Below, piece by piece: positions 29,014 to 40,634 of a stretch of 64,000 nucleotides of DNA. This DNA comes from Alphaproteobacteria bacterium (GTDB lineage: Bacteria; Pseudomonadota; Alphaproteobacteria; Bin95): contig CBDCQY010000002.1 in NCBI GenBank assembly GCA_965220855.1, forward strand, positions 359,542-423,541, written 5' to 3'. A program made the position numbers and the translations under genes. Position 1 is the first letter of the stretch; every line of letters begins with the position of its first letter. Under the pieces are notes generated by a model. The model was not told where the DNA came from. It worked only from the letters and a program-made list of their open reading frames with translations, and made no database searches.

Positions 29014-30397
29014 GACCGTCGTCACCCGGTTCGCGCCGTCACCGACCGGCTTCCTGCATATCGGAGGAGCGCGCACGGCGCTCTTCAACTGGCTGTTTGC
29101 GCGTCATCATGGCGGGCGTTTCCTGTTGCGGATCGAGGATACCGACCGTCGGCGCTCGACCGAAGCGGCCGTTGCCGCGATCCTGGACGGCCTCGCCTGG
29201 CTGGATCTCGATCCGGACGAGCCGCCGAGCTACCAGTTCGAGCGCCGCGCTCGCCACGCCGAGGTCGCGGAGGCGATGCTGGCGGCGGGCGCGGCCTATC
29301 GCTGCTATGCCGGTCCGGAGGAGCTGGAAGCCATGCGCGCCGCCGCCACGGCGCGCCGCGAGCGCTTCCGCTATGACGGGCGCTGGCGCGACCGGGACCC
29401 CGCCGAGGCGCCCGAGGGCGCGGCCTACGCCATTCGCCTCAGGGCGCCGAGGGAGGGCGAGACGGTCATCCGCGACCTGGTGCAGGGCGAGGTGCGCGTC
29501 GCCAACGCCGAGCTCGACGACATGGTTCTGCTGCGCGCCGACGGCACGCCGACCTACATGCTCTCCGTGGTCGTCGATGACCGTGACATGGGGGTCACGC
29601 ACGTCATTCGCGGCGACGACCATCTGAACAACGCCTTCCGTCAGGCGCAGGTGTCCCGCGCCATGGGCTGGCCGCTGCCGGCCTTTGCGCATATCCCGCT
29701 GATCCACGGCTCCGACGGCGCCAGGCTCTCCAAGCGCCATGGCGCGCTCGGGGTCGATGCCTATCGCGACATGGGGATGCTGCCGGAGGCGATGCGCAAC
29801 TATCTGCTGCGGCTCGGCTGGAGCCATGGCGACGCGGAGATCGTCTCGACCGAGGAGGCCGTCGCCTGGTTCGGCCTGGAGGCGGTCGGCCGCTCGCCGG
29901 CGCGCTTCGACTGCGAGAAGCTGGAAAGCGTCAACGCCCACTATCTGCGCGCGGCCGAGAGCGAGCGGCTGCTGGCGCTGCTGGAGCCGTTTCTGGCCGC
30001 GCCGCCGGACGCGGCCGGCCGGGCGCGACTCCGCGCCGGCCTCGCCGGATTGCGGCCGCGCGCGAAGACGCTGGTGGAGCTCGCCAAGGCCGGGGCCTGC
30101 TACGCCGCCGGCCGGCCGATCGCGCCGGAGCCGAAGGCCGCCCGCCTGCTGGATGGGCCGGCGCGCGCGCTGCTGGCGCGCTATGCGGCCCGGCTCGCGG
30201 ATTGCGAGTGGACCGAGGCGGCGCTCGAGGCGGCCACCCGGGCCTTCGCCGAGGCGGAGGGGCTGAAGCTCGGGCGCGTCGCCCAGCCGGCGCGCGCCGC
30301 GCTCACCGGCCGCACGGCCTCGCCCGGCCTGTTCGAGCTGCTGGCGGCGCTCGGGCCGGACGAGGCGCTCGGGCGGCTGGAGGATGCGGTCGGATAG
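29012..30397 (+). CDS. gltX: Glutamate--tRNA ligase
   Basis: [34 protein letters not shown]. Confidence 0.97.
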   Translation: MTVVTRFAPSPTGFLHIGGARTALFNWLFARHHGGRFLLRIEDTDRRRSTEAAVAAILDGLAWLDLDPDEPPSYQFERRARHAEVAEAMLAAGAAYRCYAGPEELEAMRAAATARRERFRYDGRWRDRDPAEAPEGAAYAIRLRAPREGETVIRDLVQGEVRVANAELDDMVLLRADGTPTYMLSVVVDDRDMGVTHVIRGDDHLNNAFRQAQVSRAMGWPLPAFAHIPLIHGSDGARLSKRHGALGVDAYRDMGMLPEAMRNYLLRLGWSHGDAEIVSTEEAVAWFGLEAVGRSPARFDCEKLESVNAHYLRAAESERLLALLEPFLAAPPDAAGRARLRAGLAGLRPRAKTLVELAKAGACYAAGRPIAPEPKAARLLDGPARALLARYAARLADCEWTEAALEAATRAFAEAEGLKLGRVAQPARAALTGRTASPGLFELLAALGPDEALGRLEDAVG

Positions 30398-30401
30398 ATA
30401 T

Positions 30402-30430
30402 TTGCCAAGCCGGGCCTGTGGCAATATGGT
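30402..30430 (+). promoter_or_regulatory. Sigma-70-type promoter of gltA
   Basis: TTGCCA-N17-TATGGT immediately after the gltX stop. Confidence 0.5.
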
Positions 30431-30464
30431 GGCGCGTGAGCAGAGCCAGAGGATGATTGCGGAG

Positions 30465-31757
30465 ATGACAGGGCGCAGCGTTTCGATCGTGGACCGGGCA
30501 AACAACAAGTCCGTCGATCTGCCGATTATCAGCGGGACCCTGGGCGCGGACGTCATCGACATCCGCTCCCTGCACCGGGAGCTCGGCTATTTCACCTTCG
30601 ATCCCGGCTACACGGCCACCGGCAGCTGCCAGTCGAAGGTCACCTATATCGACGGCGACGAGGGCGTGCTGCTCTATCGCGGCTATCCCATCGAGCAGCT
30701 GGCCGAGCATTCCGACTATATGGAGACGTGCTATCTCATCCTGTTCGGCGAGCTGCCCGACGCCGAGCAGAAGGCCAAGTTCGTGCACGACATCACCTAT
30801 CACACCATGCTGCACGACCAGATCACCAACATCTATCGGGGCTTCCGCCGGGATGCGCATCCGATGGCGATCATGTGCGGCGTGGTGGGCGCGCTCTCGG
30901 CCTTCTATCACGACAGCACCGATATCGACGATCCCTGGCACCGCACCGTCGCCTCCTACCGGATGATCGCCAAGCTGCCGACCATCGCCGCCTGGGCCTA
31001 CAAATATTCCCTCGGCCAGCCCTTCATCTATCCGCGCAACGATCTCGACTACGCTTCCAACTTCCTGCGCCTCTGTTTCGCCGTGCCGACGGAGGACTAT
31101 GAGATCAACCCGGTGGTCGCCAAGGCGATGGACCTGATCTTCATCCTCCACGCCGACCATGAGCAGAACGCCTCGGCCTCCACCGTCCGGCTGGCCGGCT
31201 CCACCGGCGCCAATCCCTTCGCCTGCATCGCCGCCGGCTGCGCCGCGCTCTGGGGGCCGAGCCATGGCGGGGCGAATGAGGAAGTGCTGAAGATGCTGGG
31301 CCAGATCGGCTCGGCCGACGCGGTGGGCGACTGGGTGAAGAAGGCCAAGGACCCCGACGATCCCTTCCGCCTGTTCGGCTTCGGCCACCGCGTTTACAAG
31401 AACCACGACCCGCGCGCGCGGGTGATCCAGAAGGCCTGCCACGATGTGCTGAACGAGCTGGGTCTGCACGACCCGCTGCTGGAGGTGGCGCTGGCGCTGG
31501 AGAAGGTGGCGCTGGAGGACGACTATTTCGTCGCCCGGCGGCTCTATCCCAATGTCGATTTCTATTCCGGCATCATCCTGAAGGCGATGGGCTTTCCGGT
31601 CAGCATGTTCACGGCGCTGTTCGCCGTCGGGCGCACGGTCGGCTGGATCGCGCAGTGGAACGAGCTGATCGAGGACCCCTCGCAGAAGATCAACCGCCCG
31701 CGCCAGCTCTATACCGGCCCCGCGCAAAGGGACTATGTGCCGCTAGCCGCGCGCTGA
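30465..31757 (+). CDS. gltA: Citrate synthase (type II)
   Basis: [54 protein letters not shown]; start could be 30453. Confidence 0.97.
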   Translation: MTGRSVSIVDRANNKSVDLPIISGTLGADVIDIRSLHRELGYFTFDPGYTATGSCQSKVTYIDGDEGVLLYRGYPIEQLAEHSDYMETCYLILFGELPDAEQKAKFVHDITYHTMLHDQITNIYRGFRRDAHPMAIMCGVVGALSAFYHDSTDIDDPWHRTVASYRMIAKLPTIAAWAYKYSLGQPFIYPRNDLDYASNFLRLCFAVPTEDYEINPVVAKAMDLIFILHADHEQNASASTVRLAGSTGANPFACIAAGCAALWGPSHGGANEEVLKMLGQIGSADAVGDWVKKAKDPDDPFRLFGFGHRVYKNHDPRARVIQKACHDVLNELGLHDPLLEVALALEKVALEDDYFVARRLYPNVDFYSGIILKAMGFPVSMFTALFAVGRTVGWIAQWNELIEDPSQKINRPRQLYTGPAQRDYVPLAAR

Positions 31758-31775
31758 GCGACAGGCGGCGCTGCT

Positions 31776-33020
31776 TCACACGCTCTTCAGCGCCTGCCAG
31801 ACGCGGAAGGCGGTTTCGAAGGCGGCGGCGCGCACGGGGCGCAGGCGGTCCGCCCCGCCCCGATGCACCGGCAGCGGCGGCGGCTCCCCGCCGAGCGCGG
31901 CGTCGGCGAGCGCCGCGCCCAGCACCGTTCCGGGGCCGATGCCGCGCCCGTTATAGCCGTGCAAGGCCCAGAGGCCGGCTTCCGGCGTCAGCAGCCGGGG
32001 CAGATGGTCGCCGGTGAGCGCGATGACGCCATGCCAGGCGCATTCCCACTCCAGGTGGCCGAGTTCGGGAAAGAGCCGGCGCGCCGTCCGCTCGGCCCAG
32101 CGCCTGGACAGCCGTCCGGCGAGGCGGCCCATGCTGCCGAGGATCAGCCGCCCGGCGCGGTCGCGGCGCACAGAGGTCATGACGGGAGCCGTGTCCCACA
32201 CGCCCTGGCCTTCCGGCAGGATCGCCGCGCCTTCCGCGCCCAGCGGCGCGCTCGCCAGCTGGAAATAGTGGATCGGCGTCCAGGCGGCCTGCGGCGCCAG
32301 CCCGCCGCCATAGGAGTTGGTGGCGAGCAGCAGCTGCCGGGCGGTGACGCGCCCGTGGGGTGTCTCCAGCACCCAGCGCCCGCCGCTCTCCGAGAAGCCC
32401 TGCACCGGCGTGGCCGTAAAGATGCGCGCGCCGGCCCGCAGCGCCGCATCGGCCAGCCCGCGCGCATAGCCGAGCGGGTTGATGGTGCCGGCCCGCCGGT
32501 CGAGCAGGCCGCCATGGAAGGCGCGGCTGCCGATCCGGCGGCTGGCGGCCTCGCGGTCCAGCAGCTCCACCGGCGCGCCGAGCGCGGACCAGGCGGCGGC
32601 GCGCTGCTCCAGCTCGCGCAGGCCCGAGGCCCGGTGCGCCGCATGGATGGTCCCTTGCCGCACCGCCTCGCACTGGATCTGATGGCGCTCGATCAGCTCG
32701 AACACGCGCTCCGGCGCTTCGCCGAGCGCGGTCACCAGCCGGTCGCCGGCGTCGCGCCCGAGCGCCGCCTCGATCCGGTCCGGCGGCAGCCAGAGGCCGG
32801 CATTGACCAGGCCGACATTGCGCCCCGACGCGCCATAGCCGATCTCGCGCGCCTCCAGCACGCAGCAATCGACGCCGCGCTCCGCCAGCCGGAGCGCGGC
32901 GGAGAGGCCGGTGAATCCCGCCCCGGCGATGGCGACGTCGGTCTCGCGGTCGCCGTCGAGCGGCGGGCAATGCGGCGGCGCGGGCGCCGTCCTGGCCCAG
33001 AGCGAGTCGAGTTCAGACAA
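31776..33020 (-). CDS. FAD-dependent oxidoreductase, D-amino acid oxidase/PuuB-like family
   Basis: SLW, IAGAGFTGLSAA, GASGRNVG, GYNGRG; TTG start overlaps the upstream stop. Confidence 0.9.
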   Translation of the reverse strand: MSELDSLWARTAPAPPHCPPLDGDRETDVAIAGAGFTGLSAALRLAERGVDCCVLEAREIGYGASGRNVGLVNAGLWLPPDRIEAALGRDAGDRLVTALGEAPERVFELIERHQIQCEAVRQGTIHAAHRASGLRELEQRAAAWSALGAPVELLDREAASRRIGSRAFHGGLLDRRAGTINPLGYARGLADAALRAGARIFTATPVQGFSESGGRWVLETPHGRVTARQLLLATNSYGGGLAPQAAWTPIHYFQLASAPLGAEGAAILPEGQGVWDTAPVMTSVRRDRAGRLILGSMGRLAGRLSRRWAERTARRLFPELGHLEWECAWHGVIALTGDHLPRLLTPEAGLWALHGYNGRGIGPGTVLGAALADAALGGEPPPLPVHRGGADRLRPVRAAAFETAFRVWQALKSV

Positions 33021-34182
33021 CGGAGAGGTCCGCCGGGTGGCCCATGAGAAAGGCTCCCACGGTTCGGAAATGCGACTTGCGGCCCTGGAGCTGCTGCGTG
33101 ACCGAGTGGATGTCGCGGAAGCGCCGCTCGAACGGCGCTTCGGTGAAGATCGCGCTCGCCCCGGCGGCGTCGTAGAGCAGATCGACGGCCGCCTTCGCCT
33201 CGTGAATGGCGAAGGTGGAGGCGAGGCGGATGCGCACCCGGTCGGGGATCGCGAGCCGCTCGGCCTCTTGCGTGCGCGCCCAGATCTCCTCCACCTCGGA
33301 GAGCAGGAAGGCGCGCGCCGAGCGCAGGCGCGCGGCCGCCTGGGCGGTCTCGTAATGCACGATGGGATTGTCGGCGAGGCGCGCGCGGTGCAGGCGCGGC
33401 GTCTTGTCCTGCGCGAGCGCCAGGAAGGCCTCGAACACGCCCTCGCCGATGCCGAGCGCGGTGCCGGCAAAGCCGATCGCGTAGAGGTTCATGCTGGCGA
33501 AGCGGTAGAGCGGCGCGTGATGGCGGCGATGCGCGGCATGGTCGCGCACGGTGGTGTAGGCCTCCGGCACGAAGCGGTCCTCCAGCCGGTAGCCGTCGCT
33601 GGCGGTGCCGCGCAGGCCGATCGTGTCCCAGATGTCGTCGAGCGCGACGCTGGCGGCCGGGAACAAGAGCGTGCGCAGGATGGGCGCGCCGCTGCACGCG
33701 GTTCTGGGCGCGCCGGTCGCGTCGAACAAGGGCATATGCGCGCCGAGCCAGGTGGCGTGGCGCGCCCCGCTGGCGAAGGCGAGGCGCCCCGAGGCGCGGT
33801 AGCCGCCCTCGACCTCATGCGCTTCCGCCGGGCCCGGCCCCCAGGCGAGCACCGCGGCCGGGTCTCCGCCCCAGATCTCCTCAGCGATGTCGGGGGCCAG
33901 ATAGGCGGCGGCCATGGCGCACCCGTTGGCCTGGCAGAGGCACCAGGCGGTGCTGGCGTCGTGGCGGGCGATCTCGGAGATGGTGCGGAAGAAGAGCGGC
34001 GGCGGCGTCTCCAGCCCGCCATAAGGCTTCGGCAGCAGCATCCGGAAGAGCCGCGCCTCGTGCAGCGCCTCCAGCAGGGCGGGCGTCAGCCGCCGGCTGC
34101 GGTCGATCTCCGGGGCCGCCGCCTCGATCTTCGGGCCGAGGCCGCGAGCGGCCTCCAGCACGCCGTCCGGTTTGTGATGCAA
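33013..34182 (-). CDS. Acyl-CoA dehydrogenase-fold flavin-dependent hydroxylase
   Basis: RMLLPKPYGG, STAWC, FASG..HATW, WDTIGLRGTAS, ERRFRD; start uncertain (TTG 34182 or GTG 34161). Confidence 0.85.
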   Translation of the reverse strand: MHHKPDGVLEAARGLGPKIEAAAPEIDRSRRLTPALLEALHEARLFRMLLPKPYGGLETPPPLFFRTISEIARHDASTAWCLCQANGCAMAAAYLAPDIAEEIWGGDPAAVLAWGPGPAEAHEVEGGYRASGRLAFASGARHATWLGAHMPLFDATGAPRTACSGAPILRTLLFPAASVALDDIWDTIGLRGTASDGYRLEDRFVPEAYTTVRDHAAHRRHHAPLYRFASMNLYAIGFAGTALGIGEGVFEAFLALAQDKTPRLHRARLADNPIVHYETAQAAARLRSARAFLLSEVEEIWARTQEAERLAIPDRVRIRLASTFAIHEAKAAVDLLYDAAGASAIFTEAPFERRFRDIHSVTQQLQGRKSHFRTVGAFLMGHPADLSVV

Positions 34183-34202
34183 GGCGCGCGCCGCCGCCGG
34201 CC

Positions 34203-35282
34203 TCAGAACATGATGACGCTGCGCGCCACGCTGCCGGATTTCATGTCTGCGAAGGCCTGGTTGATGTCCTTGAGCTCGATGCGCTGCGAGATCATCTCGT
34301 CGAGATGGAGCTTGCCGTTCAGGTAGAAGTCCACCAGTCGCGGCATGTCCACCCGGAAGCGGTTGGAGCCCATGGTCGATCCCTGGATGCGCTTCTCGCG
34401 CAGGAACTCCGGCCCGTGCAGCTCGATCTTGGTGCCGACCGGCACCATGCCGACGATGGTGGCGGTGCCGCCCGGGCGGATCATGCGGAAGGCGTTTTCG
34501 GAGGTCGCCTTCAGGCCGATGCACTCGATGGCGTGATGCACGCCGCCGCCGGTAAGCTCTCGCACCTCGCCCACCATGTCCTGGGTCGAGGCGTCGATCA
34601 CATGCGTCGCGCCGAACTGCTTGGCGAGGTTCAGCTTCGAGCCGACCGTATCGACGGCGATGATGCGCCCCGCCCCGGCGATCGCCGCCCCGTTGACCGC
34701 CGAGAGGCCGACGCCGCCGCAGCCGATGATGGCGACATCCATGCCGGGCTCCACCCTGGCGGTGTGGAACACGGCGCCGACGCCGGTCATCACGCCGCAG
34801 CCGATCAGCGCCGCGCGGTCGAGCGGCATGTCCTCGCGCACCTTCACCAGCGCGTGCTCGTGCACCAGCATCATCTCGGCGTAGGAGGAGAGGTTGGCGA
34901 ACTGCGTCATCGGCGCGCCGCCCTTGGCCAGGCGCGGCTCCTCGTCCGGCTTGCGCTGCAGGTCCGGATCGTCGCAGAGCGACATATGGCCGGTCAGGCA
35001 GTATTCGCACTCGCCGCAGAAGGCCGAGAGGCAGGTGATGATGTGGTCGCCCTTCTTCACATAGGTCACCTGGTCGCCGACCTCTTCGACGATGCCGGCG
35101 CTCTCATGGCCGAGCACGATGGGCAGCTTGGCGGGATAGAGCCCCTCGACGAAATGCAGGTCCGAATGGCAGACGCCGGCCGCCACGGTGCGCACCAGCA
35201 CCTCGCGCGGGCCGGGCTTGGAGATCTCCACCTCCTCGACTTCGAGCGGCTTGCCGACTTCGCGGAATACGGCGGCTTTCAT
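34203..35282 (-). CDS. Zn-dependent alcohol dehydrogenase
   Basis: GVCHSD, GHESAG, structural Zn C-x2-C-x2-C-x7-C, GCGGVG. Confidence 0.93.
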   Translation of the reverse strand: MKAAVFREVGKPLEVEEVEISKPGPREVLVRTVAAGVCHSDLHFVEGLYPAKLPIVLGHESAGIVEEVGDQVTYVKKGDHIITCLSAFCGECEYCLTGHMSLCDDPDLQRKPDEEPRLAKGGAPMTQFANLSSYAEMMLVHEHALVKVREDMPLDRAALIGCGVMTGVGAVFHTARVEPGMDVAIIGCGGVGLSAVNGAAIAGAGRIIAVDTVGSKLNLAKQFGATHVIDASTQDMVGEVRELTGGGVHHAIECIGLKATSENAFRMIRPGGTATIVGMVPVGTKIELHGPEFLREKRIQGSTMGSNRFRVDMPRLVDFYLNGKLHLDEMISQRIELKDINQAFADMKSGSVARSVIMF

Positions 35283-35356
35283 GGGCGTCTGTCCTCTCCC
35301 GATGTTCCGGCCTTGCGGGCCATGATGCCCCAGGCGGGGCGCGAGCGCGAGGGGGG

Positions 35357-36376
35357 TCAGTTCTTCGAGCGATCCACCAGCGCGTTCTCGGCGATCCAGG
35401 GCATCATGCCGCGCAGCCTTGCGCCGACCTCCTCCACCGGATGCTCCGCCGCGCGCCGGCGCATGGCCTTGAAGCTCGCCTGGCCGGCGGCGTTCTCCAG
35501 CACCCATTCGCGCGCGAAGTTGCCGGACTGGATCTCGCCGAGGATGGCCTTCATGCGCGCCTTGACGCTCTCGTCCACCACGCGTGGGCCGCGGGTGTAA
35601 TCGCCATATTCGGCGGTGTTCGACACCGAATAGCGCATCTGCGCGAGCCCGCCCTCATAGATCAGATCGACGATCAGCTTCACCTCGTGCACGCACTCGA
35701 AATAGGCCATTTCCGGGGCGTAGCCGGCCTCGCAGAGCGTCTCGTAGCCGGCCTGGATCAGCGCCGTGATGCCGCCGCAAAGCACCGTCTGCTCGCCGAA
35801 CAGGTCGGTCTCGCACTCTTCCTTCATGGTGGTCTCGATGACGCCGGCCCGGCCCGCGCCCAGGCCGCAGGCGTAGGAGAGGCCGAGCTCCTGGCAGTTG
35901 CCGGAGGCGTCGGCGTGGACGGCGAGCAGGCTCGGCACGCCGGCCCCGCGCACATATTCCGAGCGCACCAGATGTCCCGGACCCTTGGGCGCGACCATGA
36001 ACACATCGAGGTCGGAGCGCGGCTCGACCAGGTTGAAGTGGATCGACAGCCCGTGCGCGACCGCAAGCGCCGCGCCCTCCTTCATATTGTCGCGGAGCGC
36101 GCCGGAGTAGAGCGCCGCATGGCCCTCGTCGGGGGTCAGCATCATCACGACATCGGCCGTGCGCGCCGCCGCATCCGGGGTCATCACCGTGAAGCCGGCG
36201 TTCTCGGCCTTCGGCTGGCTGCCGGAGCCTTCGCGCAGCCCGACGATGACGTTCTCGACGCCGCTGTCGCGCAGATTGTTGGCGTGGGCGTGGCCCTGGC
36301 TGCCATAGCCCAGTATGGCCACGGTGCGCGACTTGACGAGGTTGAGGTCGGCGTCGCGATCGTAATAGACGCGCAT
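35357..36376 (-). CDS. ilvC: Ketol-acid reductoisomerase
   Basis: [35 protein letters not shown]. Confidence 0.97.
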   Translation of the reverse strand: MRVYYDRDADLNLVKSRTVAILGYGSQGHAHANNLRDSGVENVIVGLREGSGSQPKAENAGFTVMTPDAAARTADVVMMLTPDEGHAALYSGALRDNMKEGAALAVAHGLSIHFNLVEPRSDLDVFMVAPKGPGHLVRSEYVRGAGVPSLLAVHADASGNCQELGLSYACGLGAGRAGVIETTMKEECETDLFGEQTVLCGGITALIQAGYETLCEAGYAPEMAYFECVHEVKLIVDLIYEGGLAQMRYSVSNTAEYGDYTRGPRVVDESVKARMKAILGEIQSGNFAREWVLENAAGQASFKAMRRRAAEHPVEEVGARLRGMMPWIAENALVDRSKN

Positions 36377-36417
36377 GGGGCGCGGTTCCTTTCTGCTGTC
36401 GAATGTCTTGCGGGCGC

Positions 36418-36933
36418 TTACATGCTCTCGGCGCCGCGCGCGATGGCGACGACGCCGGTGCGCGCCAGGTCGGCGAGCCCGAGCGGGCGCATGAGGTCGA
36501 TGAAGGCGTCGATCTTGCCGGCCGAGCCGGTGACCTCGAACACGAAGGAGCGGTGGGTGCTATCGACCACGCGGGCGCGGAAGATGTCCGCGATGCGCAG
36601 CGCCTCGATGCGCCGCGCGCCGCCGCCCGAAACCTTGACCAGCACCAGTTCGCGCTCGACATGCGCGCCTTCGTCGGTGAGGTCCGAGACGCGGTGGACC
36701 GGCACCAGCCGGCCGAGCTGCGCCTTGATCTGCTCCAGCACCATTTGCGTGCCGGAGGTCACGATGGTGATGCGCGAGAGATGGCCGGTCGGGTCGATCT
36801 CGGCGACCGTCAGGCTCTCGATATTGTAGCCGCGCCCGGAAAACAGGCCGATGACGCGCGCCAGCACGCCCGGCTCGTTATCCACCACCACGGCGAAAAT
36901 GCGCCTCTCCTGGGCCTGCTCGGCGATCGACAA
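36418..36933 (-). CDS. ilvN: Acetolactate synthase small subunit
   Basis: [28 protein letters not shown]. Confidence 0.96.
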   Translation of the reverse strand: MSIAEQAQERRIFAVVVDNEPGVLARVIGLFSGRGYNIESLTVAEIDPTGHLSRITIVTSGTQMVLEQIKAQLGRLVPVHRVSDLTDEGAHVERELVLVKVSGGGARRIEALRIADIFRARVVDSTHRSFVFEVTGSAGKIDAFIDLMRPLGLADLARTGVVAIARGAESM

Positions 36934-36970
36934 GCGGACGTCTCCTCGCGGCTCTCGCCGGCTACTCTTC

Positions 36971-38734
<1,764 letters not shown>

Positions 38735-38770
38735 GGGTCTTGCATTCCGTGGCTGGCGGCAGGGTTCGCG

Positions 38771-38799
38771 AACCTAGTCGCCGCCTATCTGCCGGTCAA
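38771..38799 (-). promoter_or_regulatory. Sigma-70-type promoter for the ilv operon within the miaA 3' end
   Basis: TTGACC-N17-TAGGTT on the minus strand. Confidence 0.5.
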
Positions 38800-39757
38800 C
38801 AGGCTGTTTTTCGGCGCGTTCGGAGTCCGCCCCGCGCGCGGCGATTCCGAGTTGCGCCAGCAGGCCCTCCGCCAGCGCCGGATCCGGCTCTTCTTCGAGC
38901 GCGATATCTGCCGGGAAGCGATGGCGGAACCAGGTCTGCTGGCGCTTGGCGAAGCGCCCCGTGGCCGCGACCGCGCGCGCCTCGGCCTCTGCCAAGGTGA
39001 GTTCGCCGTCGAGATGGGCCTGCAATTCCCGCAAGCCCAGCGCCTTGGCGGCCGGCAAAGCGGGGTCGAGGTCCCGCAGCCGGGCGGCCTCCTCCAGCGC
39101 GCCTTCCGCCAGCATGGCGCGGAAGCGCGCGCCGATGCGCTCCCGGAGCCGCTCGCGCGGCGGATCGAGCAGGACGGTGCGCGCCGGCAGGCCCGGCTCG
39201 CGCGGGTCCGCCTGCCACTGCGAGAGCGGCCTGCCGGTCGCCTCGAACACCGTCCAGGCGCGCAACAGGCGCTGGCGGTCGCCCATGGGCACGCGTCGGG
39301 CGAGCGCGGGGTCGCGCGCCGCCACCTCGCGGTGGAAGGCGCTCGCGCCCAGCTCCGCCAGCCGCGCCCGCCCGGCGGCCTCCACCTCGGGCGGCGTTTC
39401 CGGCAGCGCGGAGAGGCCTCGCAGCAGCGCTTCCAGATAGAAGCCGGTGCCGCCGCAGAACACCGCCGGCCCGGCCTCCGGGCGCTCCGCCTCGGCGACC
39501 GCAAGGCCGCGCCAGCGCGCCGCCGAACAGCGCTCCCGAACGGGCAGGACCCCATAGAGCCGGTGCGGCGCGCGCGCCTCGTCCGCCGGCCCCGGCCGCG
39601 CGGTCAGCACCCGGAGCTCGCGATAGACCTGCAGGGCGTCGGCATTGACCACCCGGCCGCCCAGCGCCTCGGCGAGCGCGAGCGCCAGCTTCGATTTGCC
39701 GCTCGCCGTCGGCCCCGCAATGACGATGATAGGCGGCGGCTGGCGGGAGGTGGACAT
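38774..39757 (-). CDS. miaA: tRNA dimethylallyltransferase
   Basis: IAGPTASGKS, NADALQVY, PHRLYG, GGTGFY, FAKRQQTWFR. Confidence 0.95.
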   Translation of the reverse strand: MSTSRQPPPIIVIAGPTASGKSKLALALAEALGGRVVNADALQVYRELRVLTARPGPADEARAPHRLYGVLPVRERCSAARWRGLAVAEAERPEAGPAVFCGGTGFYLEALLRGLSALPETPPEVEAAGRARLAELGASAFHREVAARDPALARRVPMGDRQRLLRAWTVFEATGRPLSQWQADPREPGLPARTVLLDPPRERLRERIGARFRAMLAEGALEEAARLRDLDPALPAAKALGLRELQAHLDGELTLAEAEARAVAATGRFAKRQQTWFRHRFPADIALEEEPDPALAEGLLAQLGIAARGADSERAEKQPVDRQIGGD

Positions 39758-40616
39758 GGGCTGGGTGGCGGTCGCGATCGCGCCGGAGGGCGCCATCCTG
39801 GACGAGGCGATTGTCGCCGGCCTCGCGCGGCGGTTCAAGCCGGCGGCGGTGCGCCGGCTCGGGCCGGACGCGGTCGAACTCGCCGCGCCGTCGCCGGACG
39901 CCCGGCCGGGCGAGGCGGGCGAGGACGCGGGCTTCGACTGGGCCGTGCTGCCCGCCGAGGGGCGGCGAAAGCGCCTGCTGATCGCCGACATGGACTCGAC
40001 CGTGCTGGTCGGCGAGACCCTGGACGAGCTGGCGGCCGAGGCCGGCCTCGGCCCGCGCGTCGCCGCGATCACGGCGCGAGCCATGAATGGCGAGCTCGAC
40101 TTCGAGGAAGCGGTGCGCGAGCGGGTCGGGCTGCTGGCCGGGTTGCCGGCGACGGCGGTGGAGGCCGTGCTGGCGCGTCTCGCGCCCACGAGCGGGGCCG
40201 GCGCGCTGGTCGCGACCATGCGGCGGGCCGGCGCGCACACCATGCTGGTTTCCGGCGGCTTCACGCTCTTTGCCGATCCGGTCGGCGCGCGGCTCGGCTT
40301 CGACGAGGTGCTCGCCAACCGGCTGGAGCTTCGGGACGGGCGGCTGACCGGGCGCGTGCTGGAGCCGATCCTCGGCCGGGACGCCAAGCTCCGGGCGCTG
40401 GAGGAGCGCCGCCGCGCGCTCGGGCTGGCGGCGTCGGAGACGCTCGCGGTCGGCGACGGGGCCAACGACCTTGCCATGCTGGGCGCGGCCGGCTTGGGCG
40501 TCGCCTTCCGGGCGCGGCCGGCGGTGGCGCGGGCGGCGCGCATCCGCATCGAGCGCGCCGATCTTGCGGCCCTGCTCTATCTGCAGGGCTATCGGCGCGC
40601 CGACTTCGCGGCGTAG
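39756..40616 (+). CDS. serB: Phosphoserine phosphatase
   Basis: HAD motif ADMDST, AMNGELDF, VSGGF, GDGANDL; SD ggagg 5 nt upstream. Confidence 0.95.
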   Translation: MGWVAVAIAPEGAILDEAIVAGLARRFKPAAVRRLGPDAVELAAPSPDARPGEAGEDAGFDWAVLPAEGRRKRLLIADMDSTVLVGETLDELAAEAGLGPRVAAITARAMNGELDFEEAVRERVGLLAGLPATAVEAVLARLAPTSGAGALVATMRRAGAHTMLVSGGFTLFADPVGARLGFDEVLANRLELRDGRLTGRVLEPILGRDAKLRALEERRRALGLAASETLAVGDGANDLAMLGAAGLGVAFRARPAVARAARIRIERADLAALLYLQGYRRADFAA

Positions 40617-40634
40617 GCCGCCGGCCGCCGGCGC

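Noticed and set aside
38735-38800. Leader-peptide attenuator for ilvB
   Set aside because: Only 39 bp separate miaA and ilvB, with no Ile/Leu/Val-rich mini-ORF or terminator.
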